NCBI GenBank assembly: GCA_008369845.1
Contig: MRSU01007270.1
Span: 1 to 61,013, forward strand
Length of the DNA stretch: 61,013 nt
Origin: Trichomonas gallinae
Lineage: Eukaryota
Direction: 5' to 3'
Below, piece by piece: positions 11,859 to 23,600 of the stretch. The translations under genes and the position numbers were made by a program. Below the pieces are notes generated by a model that saw only the letters and a list, made by a program, of their open reading frames with translations, was not told the origin of the DNA and made no database searches. Positions within the stretch are counted from its first letter, which is position 1. Each line of letters begins with the position of its first letter.

Positions 11859-14800
11859 CTAAGATAAGAATTTTTCCATGGCATCTATAGACTTTTCTGA
11901 TGCAATTCCACGTGTTTGCATTCTATGATAAACCCACTTAGTGGCAAATGGGTTGCTGTCTTCTTTTTGTATTTCAATAGGCTGATATAAGTTTACCGAA
12001 TATTTCTTGATTGCTCTTTCTAATCTCCTCTTTTTCCATCTCAGTTCTCTTCTAAACCATATGTAGCAGATTAGTGTGATGGAGATGATCATCAATGGGA
12101 AGCAAATTCCAATAATTGTGATCTTGTTCATAGTATTTGTAATTGCTTTCTTAATATTCTCCAATGCGCGATGCGATATGTTGAATGAGATCGGCAATAC
12201 ATATATATGGCCTTCTGTCCATATAGAAAACTTCAAATCTTTGTTGTTAGACTCAGTCGGATCAAAAAGCCATAATCTCACATCAAAACAAAGCTCTGCA
12301 TTGGAATTTAGCTTGATTTTGGTAGTATTTACCTTATACGATATGAATGAATTGGATGTGAGCCTCATTGCGCCAATATCAACAGTTTGATTATCTGAAT
12401 TTACAACAAAAACGCATTTTCTCCAAACATGTGACATATACGACTCGTTTTCACCACCAAAGTAGTGTATCTCATTTATCATGTTGAAATTGGAGTCGAA
12501 AAAGCGAACTTTCGGAGATTCGATATTTGCAGATATTTCAATTTTGAACGGAGATGATGCATTTGATGTTACATCTATGTCTGTCTTTACGCGACCTTTC
12601 TTGAATGTTTCAAAAGTTATTGAAACTTCTGCTTGAGATAATGGTTTCATTAAAATGGAATCTGGACAAGATAATGCGAACAATTCGCTTTGTTCTGTAT
12701 GATAGAAATAGTATTTAACTGGTTCAGACAGATAATTCGTTAAAGAAATAGTTTTGATAAAAATTTCATCGGTATGGATACTGTGGAAGTCAATAGATTT
12801 GTCAGGAAGCTTGTACTTAGTCATATTGAATTCGAATTTCTTCTCAAAATACATTTCTCGCTCAATGATTATAGTCACTGGGATAATTATCCTTAAAGAA
12901 GAAGGCCACAAGTTATTCCATGTTTCTTTCTGCGCGAGAATTGAGTTGCTTCCATCTAAAACCCTGAAAAACGGCTTCACGATCTCGAATTGATCATTTA
13001 ATACCAGTTTGAAGGAATGAACAAGGTGATACATGCCGTAAGTCAACGAAACTGTATCAAATTTGCTTTTACTACCAGGAAATTCAATTATTCCGTCTCT
13101 AATTAAAAGTTTTTCCAGGAAAGTTGAATTAACAAAAATTTTTCCTTCGACAGTTGTTCCAAATAAGAGCTCATTCTCTATATTTAACGTAATGTCGAGG
13201 TTTCCTGGTACAATCAGCCATCTTAAAGGAACTTCTATAACACAAAATTCGCAATGAAGCTTAATTTTGCCTGCATTCCACCTTGTTGAAGAATTCATGA
13301 AGTTTAGAGTGATATCAACTGGATATTTTGAATATTGTGGCGGAATTTCAACTTCGTAATTTTCATCAGCGAAATCTGCGCTAAATCCACATGTTGATGA
13401 GACTTTGAATATCTTAACTGGATGACGGTTAAAGTTTTGAAGTAAAATTGTAATATTTTTCTTCGAATTTTCAAAAATCATCCTAAAATCAACTTCGTCT
13501 AAATGGTCAATTAAATGATACCCAGGAACATTATAAACTCTTGGACATGTATGAAAATAATTAATATTTATTGTTTGATATGATGAATTTGCGAAAATTG
13601 TCAGTTGCACTGGTTCGTATATGTTTTCAATTCCTTTGTCAACTGATATGAAAAATTCGTTTGTTGTTTCTCTTGGATAAAGAATTATTGGAGAAAATTC
13701 ATTAATTACGAATGATGTCGAATTTGATTGAATTCCTGTAATTAAAATAGGTACATTTTGTATGTTTGTCAATGAATATATCGCAATTCCGTCTTTTGAA
13801 CATTCTATTTTTTGGATTTCATTAATTTTCAATTTTCCTGGAGCAATTCTTATTACAACATCAATTTTGATTATTACTTCTTTAGGCTTAGATCCCTTTT
13901 GATTGTTGTCCAATAAAACTGCTTTTATAATAATTTTTCCATTTTGATCGAAAAATTCTGGTTTTCTAACTTCTAATTTGCAAATAGTTAAGGATTCTTG
14001 ATTGTTTACGTATAGTTTCTTATTAGAGAATTGGTAATATGTTGTATTTGTTCCGATATAAGAAATATTTTCGATTATATAGCGATTTTTTGTTGGATTT
14101 CGTAATATAATATCGTATTTTTGTATATCTTTATCGTCTATCTGATGATTAATGTATAAAATCGGATTCGCTGCTTGAATTTCATTTTCAATAACGTGAA
14201 TGTAAATAGGAAATGTATAAATTTCTTCGTTCTCCTCCAGATAAATGAATGTTAGATAAGTACCTTTTTGCAATTTCTTTGGAACAAGGACTAATTTAAA
14301 AATTTCGAATGATGAAACGTCACGATCGAAAATTGAAGAATCAAACACTAATGACTGTACTATATTTTGTGGAGTGTACAAGAATATCGGCATAGATACT
14401 CCATATGGCAAGTAATAATGGTTTTCGATTTTTGAAATATAATTTGTCGGTGGAACCAAGTAGTTTATGTAATATGGTATAATCCCATAGTTTGTCTCAA
14501 TATAAATTACTTCATTATATTGGCCATAAACTTGATTAATTATTGTAAAATTAATAATAAACTCTGAAAACTCTTTTTTGTAAATGCTATCGTTCTTATG
14601 TATGAATATATGTTCACTGGTCGTGTTCATATTGAGAATTTGCAAATTATTTGAATGGTTCTTTAAAATTTTTATCGAAATCGTTAAAATTGTAGGCTCA
14701 TCAGGATTTATTTCGAGATTATTCATGAACTGTGGTTCTATTTCGATGTAATTTTGCCAATCAATAATAAAATTATCGTAATTTACAAAATATGGATGTT

Positions 14801-15008
14801 TGATCGCATTTTCTAAATCAGGTTGAATTACAGGTACGAATCTTTGATGTTTGATATTTCTGAAACCATCATTGAATTTGATTTCTTTTAAAATCGGAAC
14901 GTAATCATAGTAGATAGTTTCTTTGTTTGTTTTATATGATGAATTAAAGAGGATTTGCCCATAATTCAAGTCAGACAAAGAAACCCTAAAAAAGAAGAAA
15001 AGAAACAA
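11859..15008 (-). CDS. TMEM131-like type I membrane protein (Ig-like/ASH repeats); start codon unresolved
   Basis: About 1050-aa open frame with hydrophobic N-terminus FLFFFFRVSLS, GQYNEVIYIETNYG, repeated LxNxxxxP strands, and a C-terminal TM helix followed by a basic stretch. First in-frame ATG is only at 14726. Confidence 0.6.
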   Translation of the reverse strand: MFLFFFFRVSLSDLNYGQILFNSSYKTNKETIYYDYVPILKEIKFNDGFRNIKHQRFVPVIQPDLENAIKHPYFVNYDNFIIDWQNYIEIEPQFMNNLEINPDEPTILTISIKILKNHSNNLQILNMNTTSEHIFIHKNDSIYKKEFSEFIINFTIINQVYGQYNEVIYIETNYGIIPYYINYLVPPTNYISKIENHYYLPYGVSMPIFLYTPQNIVQSLVFDSSIFDRDVSSFEIFKLVLVPKKLQKGTYLTFIYLEENEEIYTFPIYIHVIENEIQAANPILYINHQIDDKDIQKYDIILRNPTKNRYIIENISYIGTNTTYYQFSNKKLYVNNQESLTICKLEVRKPEFFDQNGKIIIKAVLLDNNQKGSKPKEVIIKIDVVIRIAPGKLKINEIQKIECSKDGIAIYSLTNIQNVPILITGIQSNSTSFVINEFSPIILYPRETTNEFFISVDKGIENIYEPVQLTIFANSSYQTININYFHTCPRVYNVPGYHLIDHLDEVDFRMIFENSKKNITILLQNFNRHPVKIFKVSSTCGFSADFADENYEVEIPPQYSKYPVDITLNFMNSSTRWNAGKIKLHCEFCVIEVPLRWLIVPGNLDITLNIENELLFGTTVEGKIFVNSTFLEKLLIRDGIIEFPGSKSKFDTVSLTYGMYHLVHSFKLVLNDQFEIVKPFFRVLDGSNSILAQKETWNNLWPSSLRIIIPVTIIIEREMYFEKKFEFNMTKYKLPDKSIDFHSIHTDEIFIKTISLTNYLSEPVKYYFYHTEQSELFALSCPDSILMKPLSQAEVSITFETFKKGRVKTDIDVTSNASSPFKIEISANIESPKVRFFDSNFNMINEIHYFGGENESYMSHVWRKCVFVVNSDNQTVDIGAMRLTSNSFISYKVNTTKIKLNSNAELCFDVRLWLFDPTESNNKDLKFSIWTEGHIYVLPISFNISHRALENIKKAITNTMNKITIIGICFPLMIISITLICYIWFRRELRWKKRRLERAIKKYSVNLYQPIEIQKEDSNPFATKWVYHRMQTRGIASEKSIDAMEKFLS

Positions 15009-15248
15009 ATTCAAGATTGTCACTTTTACATCATTATATCGAAAATCATTGTTTATATCTTATTTACAGTATATTTTAATCATTAAAAATTATCGTCACT
15101 TTTTAAAAAGTGTTACAATTTGACATGTAAATCATACAAATATCCATAAATACGACAATCTGTCATGTAAAATATATGTTATATAGGGTAAGTGATATAT
15201 AGAATGTCAATATCATTAATAATAAAGAATTACTAACAAAATTTATTT

Positions 15249-18200
15249 CTAAAATTTTTCCGGTCTTTTCATGTCAATAATTGAAGGATCGAATAAACTG
15301 CAGTTATCCCATTTCTTTTCAAATTGTCTTATGAATTTCAACTCTTCTTCACTTGATGCAATGCAGCATAAAGTAACGTCTCTGACGATTGCAGAAGGTT
15401 TGTCGTCATCAGGGATTTCAACCTCTGCAATGTTTTGGAATGTTTTCTCGGATATTCTCATTGCCCACTGAATGTGTGACGTCTCATTCATCGCTTCCGT
15501 CCTAAGTGATTCGTCTTCGATAGACTCGCAGCTGTTGATGATTCCGTCATGTGCATTGATGATGAACAATCTGTAGTTGATTACATCAGGATTCCTAATG
15601 AATGGAATTATGCACTCGATGACAGCATTTTCTATTCCTCGGAAAACAGCTCTCGTTACCCTCTTGCGGAACATCTGCACAATGTTCTTGATGCATGATG
15701 TATAATTATTTGCCTCGTCTTCGATGATTTTGCGAACTAACTTAAGCCCAGAGCTATTGAAAGACATTTTTCTGTTCCATGCTGACTTCTTCGGCCAGAG
15801 CAGTGAGAACAGCTGATTCTTGACGGCAAAACCTGCTTGTATCTCAAAAGATTTGACGCAGAAATTGATTATCGATGTATATTTTTCCAAAGGATGATTG
15901 ACAGAAACGACAAATCCGTATTTCTTTTCTGTGTTCGCAACAAATTTCTCCCACTGGCTCTTTGTAAGTCTAAGGTCATTGATGATGACATAGCTCTGTG
16001 CAACAGTAATCTCGCGTGATACTTTGTAGTCTTCGTGTATCATATGGTAGACTTTATCATTTATGATAGAACCGAGATGATGGAAGTACATTCTGACTGT
16101 AGACGAACACAAAGTGGCGTAGTTCTTGTAAATATCTTCCATGTTGTCTTCAATGAATTTCAAGTTGTCCAAGAACTTGACAGTCTCTGTGAAAATCTTG
16201 AATAAATCATATATGGATACTGACGCCAAATCACTTTTCGTCGCAACAGTAAAGTCATCGACTTCAATTCCTTTGTTTGCCCATTCGATCAATGAAGGAC
16301 CGAACTCAGCAAGCCAGTTTATGACTGTGTTCTTGAACAAATGCTCAGGAGCTGACACTGGAGAGCTTCCGAACAAATTCCAAACTTTTCTGTAGACGCC
16401 GAGGAATTTGAATGTTTGTTCGGTTGTAGGAAGAGGATTGTGATTTGTGAAGCATTTTGCAATACAGAAAGATATCGAATCAAATCCACCTCTTATGGAT
16501 TCGTTATGATCTGCAAATTTAGGCACGTTTGCTGATGAGAAGAAAGCCGTGAGTTTTCTAGTTCTCAGATGCAAAACGACCAATGCCTGTATCAAAGAAT
16601 TGATTTCGATGTCAACCATCGGGATGCCAGCATTTCCTAATATAGGCTCGAATTCAAGGTTGGAGACAGAATACAAAGGCATGACCTCTGAGCGCGCTTC
16701 TGATCCGGTTGGATAGAATTTCAAAATCTTGAAAACAGACTCAAAAATATTTGTCACTGCATCGCTTAATATTGTGCTGAAATAATCGTTGATGTGATCA
16801 GGATCGTGGACGAATGATAGGATGATCAGTAACTGCGTAATTGCTGGCTTCTCGATGACATCTGGTTTTGACAAAGCATTCATGATCAACTCCGGAATTT
16901 TGATCTTGAGTGATGCAAAAATTAATTTTAAGTTATTTGTTTCTTCGTAAGTTGGCTTGCATTTTACGCTGATTGCGTAGCATGTGAGCAAAACTGGAAC
17001 GAATGCTTCAAGGAATGTTCCTGATGTCGTCCAGCAGACTTCGAGGCTGTTGAGAATAGTCGTGAAAATGAATGAGCAAGGAATTCCATGCTTAAGACTG
17101 AATTCGACTAAATAAGAATAAAAGTTTAAAGGAGGTTTCTCCGACAAGTTATTGAACCATTCATTGACCATGCATGATACTGCAAACCTCAGACACTCCT
17201 CTGAAGAGGATTTTGCATCAAAGAATTTCTTCGAAATTTTGATTTTGTTTTTCAATTGATAAAATGTTGATTCAAACGTGTAAGAGATCTTTTTCTTGTT
17301 GAATTTGAATTTGCCGTTGAGTTTTTGATCATTCATGAGAGATTCAAATTCAAATTCGTGAATTACGGTTTTTCCGTCCTGAATTGAGATCTTTCCGCCA
17401 TATTTTTCAACAGCAGGAAGTATGAACTCGTATTGATCGTTTTCTGGATGAACTTGGATTCTCTTCTTCAAACAAAACACATAGACAGCTAACTCAGTTG
17501 AAGAAAGAGTTAACTTAATGAGAGATTTGCCTTTCGGAGACTTGCTGTAGTATAGACGCGAAGCACTTTTAGATGTATATAATAACATCTGAAGTGCATC
17601 TGCACGATAGCCTTCTGGATCGTCTTCGATATCCTTTTCTTTGTAAACCCATTGTTCTTCGAGATTTGAGGCTCTATCATGCAAAAACATATCTGTTTGC
17701 ATAAAATTGGTATTATTCTTTGCGATTGGACACAATGAGTTGTATTTATCTTTTTTCAAGTTCAAAATCTTTCTAAATTTGTGTTTGACATCTGTTGAAG
17801 TCTTTGTATTCTTGTGATTAATACAATTTAATAAACAAGCTTCAAATGATTCGTAAAATGACTTCAATTCTTCACCCTTGAGAGTTCTTGAAAGGTATTT
17901 AACTAAAGCAGCACGTAGATCATTAAAAGTATTTAATAGGCATAATTCTGGAGTGTGAAAAATCGCGTATTGACAAAGATCTGACAGTTCTTTTTGCATA
18001 GAAAACTTAGTTTCAGGCATTACTGAGATTAAATCGACAAATTCGGCAATAAATCTTGTATATGTATAAGGAGTCAACGGCTCTGCATATATATCGTCAG
18101 TAATCTGTGGTTTTTCAGTGAATTTATTGTAATACTGAAACAAGTATCGAAAATGTAGCGATTGTGCTTCGAATCTTTGAAAAAAAGAACAGCCTTCTTC

Positions 18201-18422
18201 TTTCAAAACATATGTTTCCGGATCCACGAAGAAATCTAGGAGGCTGTACGAAAAATTATGGAAGAGCATGTCATAATTATCTTTCGGATTTATTAATATT
18301 GGAGCTTGAAGTTTGTTTTTGCCTTGTTGAAGAAGATTTTCCTCTGAATAATGCTTCTCTTTAAGTGAAATGTTATTGAAATCATAACATGTGATTTCGA
18401 GGAAATCATTAAATTTCTTCAT
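15249..18422 (-). CDS. Munc13/PATROL1-like MUN-domain protein
   Basis: WLAEFGPSLIEWANKGIEVDDF...SVSIYDLFKIF...YVIINDL fits the MHD1/MUN pattern. First in-frame ATG is 18422; the true 5' end may lie at 18496 via a frameshift. Confidence 0.65.
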   Translation of the reverse strand: MKKFNDFLEITCYDFNNISLKEKHYSEENLLQQGKNKLQAPILINPKDNYDMLFHNFSYSLLDFFVDPETYVLKEEGCSFFQRFEAQSLHFRYLFQYYNKFTEKPQITDDIYAEPLTPYTYTRFIAEFVDLISVMPETKFSMQKELSDLCQYAIFHTPELCLLNTFNDLRAALVKYLSRTLKGEELKSFYESFEACLLNCINHKNTKTSTDVKHKFRKILNLKKDKYNSLCPIAKNNTNFMQTDMFLHDRASNLEEQWVYKEKDIEDDPEGYRADALQMLLYTSKSASRLYYSKSPKGKSLIKLTLSSTELAVYVFCLKKRIQVHPENDQYEFILPAVEKYGGKISIQDGKTVIHEFEFESLMNDQKLNGKFKFNKKKISYTFESTFYQLKNKIKISKKFFDAKSSSEECLRFAVSCMVNEWFNNLSEKPPLNFYSYLVEFSLKHGIPCSFIFTTILNSLEVCWTTSGTFLEAFVPVLLTCYAISVKCKPTYEETNNLKLIFASLKIKIPELIMNALSKPDVIEKPAITQLLIILSFVHDPDHINDYFSTILSDAVTNIFESVFKILKFYPTGSEARSEVMPLYSVSNLEFEPILGNAGIPMVDIEINSLIQALVVLHLRTRKLTAFFSSANVPKFADHNESIRGGFDSISFCIAKCFTNHNPLPTTEQTFKFLGVYRKVWNLFGSSPVSAPEHLFKNTVINWLAEFGPSLIEWANKGIEVDDFTVATKSDLASVSIYDLFKIFTETVKFLDNLKFIEDNMEDIYKNYATLCSSTVRMYFHHLGSIINDKVYHMIHEDYKVSREITVAQSYVIINDLRLTKSQWEKFVANTEKKYGFVVSVNHPLEKYTSIINFCVKSFEIQAGFAVKNQLFSLLWPKKSAWNRKMSFNSSGLKLVRKIIEDEANNYTSCIKNIVQMFRKRVTRAVFRGIENAVIECIIPFIRNPDVINYRLFIINAHDGIINSCESIEDESLRTEAMNETSHIQWAMRISEKTFQNIAEVEIPDDDKPSAIVRDVTLCCIASSEEELKFIRQFEKKWDNCSLFDPSIIDMKRPEKF

Positions 18423-19732
18423 CGAAATAAAAAAATAATCTAAAGAATTCAAAGCATGATGCCTTCAATTTTCTTTACAATAAGTTGGGGGAACATGTCA
18501 AACCTAAACATGTCAAAAAAAAATCGTAAATCCCACCACTGGATTTCCTCCAATTTCACACATTGAATAAATTAGAGATTCGAATTTTGACGATAAAAAA
18601 ATGTAAAACAAAAATTAAGTTTTAAAAGTTTAATTCTCTATATAATGATTATTTTCATTTTTAAAACGATATGTTTTGAATTGAAAATAATCGTGGTTTA
18701 GAAAATTGACAATTTCGGTATTGAAGGCACTTCTTCTTTTGTAACATCATACAAATAAGAAGACTGTTTTTTTTTTTTTTTTTTCAAAGATTCGAAGTAC
18801 AATCGCTTCATTTTCGATACTTTGTAACATCATAAACATTCATATTTCATACTACTTACAACTAAAACGTATATTCATTGAAATCCAAATTCATTTCAAT
18901 ACTTCTATCCAAAATAAGATCAAATAATTTCTATAATCAATCAAGAAGTAAATATAATAACGCAAGATCGAAGTTAAACTTGTTATTTTCTTACCAATTT
19001 TAAACCAGTAATATTAGCTAAATTCTATTCACGAATCATAATAGAGTCATAGCCAGTTGCAAATACAAAGAAGCTATATTATAAATTCTATCTATTTGTC
19101 TGATTTTATGCTGAATTTTGCATTTGATTAGTTTGATATCATAACATTTGACAAATGCAATATAGTAATACTCTACATATATATATATATAAATGCTATT
19201 ATTTTTACATCCGAAATAATGTTTGTTCATTGATGAAAAGATAAAAATAAATATCGTCAGTTATCTGGTGATCTTTATTCATCATGCATTTCATTATTGC
19301 ATTATATGCTTGTATTGAATGCTTTTTATTTATATTTTATATCATATTTATTCATTTCTCGCACAAAATTTCAATATTCTTAAACACATTAGTATTTTTG
19401 AAAAATAAGGATCTCTGATGAAATAATATTTGTTTTTACTGTTTTAATATTGTTTTGGCTACATGTGTTTTGACCTGAAATTCTTTCATAACAATTCCTT
19501 GTGCATGTTTAATATAACATCACTTTGCCTCTCTTTATAACTGCTCTACATTTGATTATAAGGTGGCATTTACAGTGATCGCCAAAGATGACAATTAGAT
19601 AATATGATAATTTAAAGTTGCGAAGATCCATCTGTTATTGCTGGTATGAATTTACTACTACTAAGAAGTAATATATCTATAAACGAATGATTGGCGCGTA
19701 TCTAGATTTGAATAAAAGTGACATTTTTATGA

Positions 19733-20443
19733 ATGGATTCCAATGATAACTTTTTTGCAGAATATAAAAATGAAAAATATACTGATCTTAAGAAATACGT
19801 CTCTGATATAGAAAGAGACCTTTTTCTTGAGGCAGACTCATCGACAATCCAATGCCCATTCTTTCCCCAATATAAGAATTTTTTAGGTGCTTTGTCTGCC
19901 GCAAGAGAAATAAACATTTTATCGCGTACATCTTTTGATCCAAATAATGTGACACATGTTGCATTATTGAGGGCTCTCTATGCTTCTATAACGCTATCGA
20001 ATTATATCCCAGATATCATTGGATCACACTGGGAAACGATCGGATTTCAATCGTCAAATCCTGCGTCAGATTTACGATCGACAGGTTTACTTGGACTTTT
20101 ACTACCAACCCTGATGTTTACAAGAACTCCTAACATAGCGTATGAATTCATTAGTGCCGCTAATACACCACACAGAGATTTTCCTATGATGCTCATCTTG
20201 ATAAATGTAGTGAACAGCTGCATTGATATGGCATTGAACAGCGACATTTTGAAAGGAGGACAGTCTTCGAAGGACTGCATTTACATTATTTCTTTGTATT
20301 TCAATGGAGTAGTATTATGCATGGCTAGAGAATGGAAGAAGAGTAGATCGAATTTTGTACATGGTTTTCAAATACTCGAAAAGATTCCTGTAAAATGTGC
20401 AAAAAATCCTCATCAAACTATAAGCTATGCAGTATCTATATGA
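19733..20443 (+). CDS. ELMO/CED-12 domain protein (ELMOD-like, putative Arf/Arl GAP)
   Basis: WETIGFQSSNPASDLRSTGLLGL matches WxxxGFQxxxPxxDxRxxGxLxL. AAAAGTGAC lies just upstream. Confidence 0.9.
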   Translation: MDSNDNFFAEYKNEKYTDLKKYVSDIERDLFLEADSSTIQCPFFPQYKNFLGALSAAREINILSRTSFDPNNVTHVALLRALYASITLSNYIPDIIGSHWETIGFQSSNPASDLRSTGLLGLLLPTLMFTRTPNIAYEFISAANTPHRDFPMMLILINVVNSCIDMALNSDILKGGQSSKDCIYIISLYFNGVVLCMAREWKKSRSNFVHGFQILEKIPVKCAKNPHQTISYAVSI

Positions 20444-20679
20444 AGATATATTAATAGAATGTATTAAATATTAGGTTTTGTTTATATTAAATGATTTTGA
20501 TATCAAAAATTAAATTTTGCAAAGGAATCATTACTAACGGATGAATAATTTTCGAATTTATGACATTATATTAACTAACAAATGTGAATTATAATTCAAA
20601 ATTAAATGTGATTTATCTTAGATTAACAAATTTGTTGATAAATCACATTATAAAATAAGAAAATAAACAAAAATTTTTA

Positions 20680-23600
20680 TCAAACATATAATTGACGTCG
20701 ACAATTATCAAATTCATTTCTTAGCGTATCGCTAAATATCTTATCCCTTGCGGTGTCACCATAGTCATTCTTAATTTTTTTGTCAGTTCCGTGCTCGATT
20801 AATAGTTTCATGATTTTGTGCTCGATTTTAGTGACAGCATAGAACAAAGCTGTTTGTCCTTTGCTATCCTTGACATTTGGATCAGCTTTGAAATCTTCCA
20901 GAAGCAATTTGACTATTGCTTCATTTCCAACACTCGTGTAATAAATAAGTGGTGGCAATCCATAAGTATTTACTTGATTTATTATTGATGGCAAGTATTT
21001 GTGAAATGTCAATGCTGTAGGAATAGATTTATCATCTAGTTTCAATAATATATCAGAGTAAATATTGATCAGTGTATCTCGAGGGAAATAATTTAACACA
21101 ACTTTGAGCATCTCCGGTGAATACAAAATATTTAACGGAATCTTTCTAGGAACTGCTCCATAAGATAGCATGACGTTAAAGACATCCATCTCGATGTAAT
21201 CCGCGCATTGATTCAATGGGTTGTTAAAGTTAATGTCTGCACCTGATTTTAGCAGATATTTCACGATATCTGCCCTTTGAGCTTTTATCGCAGTGACTAA
21301 AAAGCTTTCTTTGTTGACAGTTATATTTAAATCTGGCTCATTGTCAACTAATAACTTAATCAAGGCTAGAGGAGCATTATTGCTTATTGCAACTGACAAT
21401 TCTCTTCCGTCTGTTGATGTCACCATTTGGTGGTCAATGAAATATTTCACTGTGTCAATTTGTTCGTAATAAACTCCGACCATCAAAGGACAGTATCTTC
21501 TCGTCAGCTGATATGACTTATATGGGTTCATTCCATTTTCAATCAGGAATCCAATGCAGTCATATGCTCCGCCTTTTGCAGCGAAATACATCAAATCTGA
21601 GTTGTCAGTATTTAGTTCAGGACTTTGGATAGAACGCTTTGAAATTAGAGTTTTAAGCATCTGATATCTATTGTAAAAAGCAGCTGCATGCATTGCAGTT
21701 GGGAATGATGAATTATCGTCAAGTAACCATGAGGTATTAAACTCCAAAAGTAAATCAAAAACATTTGAACTATTATTTTCGATTGCTACAATTAATGCTG
21801 TAGATTTTGTGTTATTCTCGACTAAATTGTTATTGAGCATGAATTTTGCTGAATTTACTGCATTATATCTAGCGGCAATATCCAGTGGATTATTGATTTG
21901 AATAGTGAATAATATTTGAACCATTTTCACTTTGTCATATTTCAAAGCATAAACGAATGGAGTCATATCAGTTGTGTTAATTCTTGATAACTTTGGTGAA
22001 ATCGCTTGAATCAAATTGTAATTACCAAAATCAATGGCTTTCTTGGCAATGGTGTTCAGGTCGTTGTCTTTGAAATTGTCATGACTGAAAATTTTTTCTA
22101 ATAGTTTTTTATCTGTTATTGATGAAATTTGTTCTAATATAAACTCCATTGATTTTTCGTTGTTTATTATTACCTCGAGTGTTTCTTTTTGATCTCTTTG
22201 CAATGCAATGCTAAATGCTTCTTTAAGCGCTGTTGGCGAAGATCTATTAATGTTCAAACGAAGTTCTGCGTAATTATTTTCAGAAACAGTTTCGATTAAA
22301 TCTCTATTTCTAGAATATGGATAATTTTTGATATTTTGTAATATTTTTTCGATATCAGAATTATTCAACTTCGGTAAATAATGCAAACACTTTGACCCAC
22401 AAACACCAGACTTCTGATATAAAATCTTAAAAATTATTGCTATATCATCATTAGTTGGTTGTTGAAGGTTTTGCAAAATTTTGATTAAAATTTCATTATC
22501 GAGTTTTGCGAAATCTTCATGCTTGTTTATTTTGTCAAATAACTCCGCTGCAATTTCGATATATGTAGTTTTATCTTCATTTGTTAAATTCTGATCAAGT
22601 AATGCAGAAATAATAAGAGAATCGCTAGTTTTAAGAAGGAATTTGACGATTTCAACTTTGTGCAATTTTGCAGCAAACTGATGATAATTTTCTCCATTCA
22701 AAGTTTTGTTCATATCTGGTTCATTTTCAACTAAGAGCTTGATTATATCCATTGATGCATCCAGCTTAATTGCTTCAAACAGTTCATTTTCATCTGTTGA
22801 CGTTTTAAGTTTTGAGTCAATGAAAAATTGAACAGTTTCGATTTGATTGTTGCAAATTCCAACCAAAAGTGGATTTCTTTCATTCTCGAAATTGTATTTT
22901 ATGTAGGGATCCAATCCATTTTCAATCAATATCTCTAAGCAGTCATAGCAGCCATTTGCTGCTGCAAAATACATCAAATCTTTTTCTGTGTATTCTTCTT
23001 CTAATTTTTTGATGTCAAATAGTTTCATAAATTCATTCAACATTTCATAACGATTATAGTAAACGCAACAATGAACTGCTGATGGATATTTTGATTCTTT
23101 TGGCAGTTTAATGTCTGCTCCATGATCTAAAAGCAATTTCAGCATTCTTAACCGATCATATTTTATAGAAACAACTAATGCCGTTTCCGATTCTTTTGTC
23201 CATGAATTAATATTTGCCAAGTTATTATCCAAAATTTTCTCAACGCATTGATAAGCATCAAATCCAACTGCAATCTGCAACAAGTTTTCTAAATCAGGGT
23301 CGAATAAAAATAAGCAAGCATTTGGCTTGTTATTTATCAAAGAATAACAGAACAGTGAATTAGAATTTTCTGTTTCCCAGTCCATCGAAAAAACACTAGG
23401 TTTCTTTCTTTTGATTAATTTCAATGTATCTATATTTTCTTTCATGACTGCTATTTGTGCTAGATTATGGAGCTCTTCTTCTGTATATCCAACTCTTCTT
23501 AGAATGGTTTCAATAATTTTTGCGTTGTTGCATTTGCATAATGAATCATATTCATATTTAGTGAATTTGACTATCATATCTAAATAATCGAAAATTTCAT

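Noticed and set aside
18440..18478. 39-nt GT...AG segment as an intron fixing the Munc13-like 5' end
   Set aside because: Length is a multiple of 3, so it does not restore the frame; it also has no branch-point motif.
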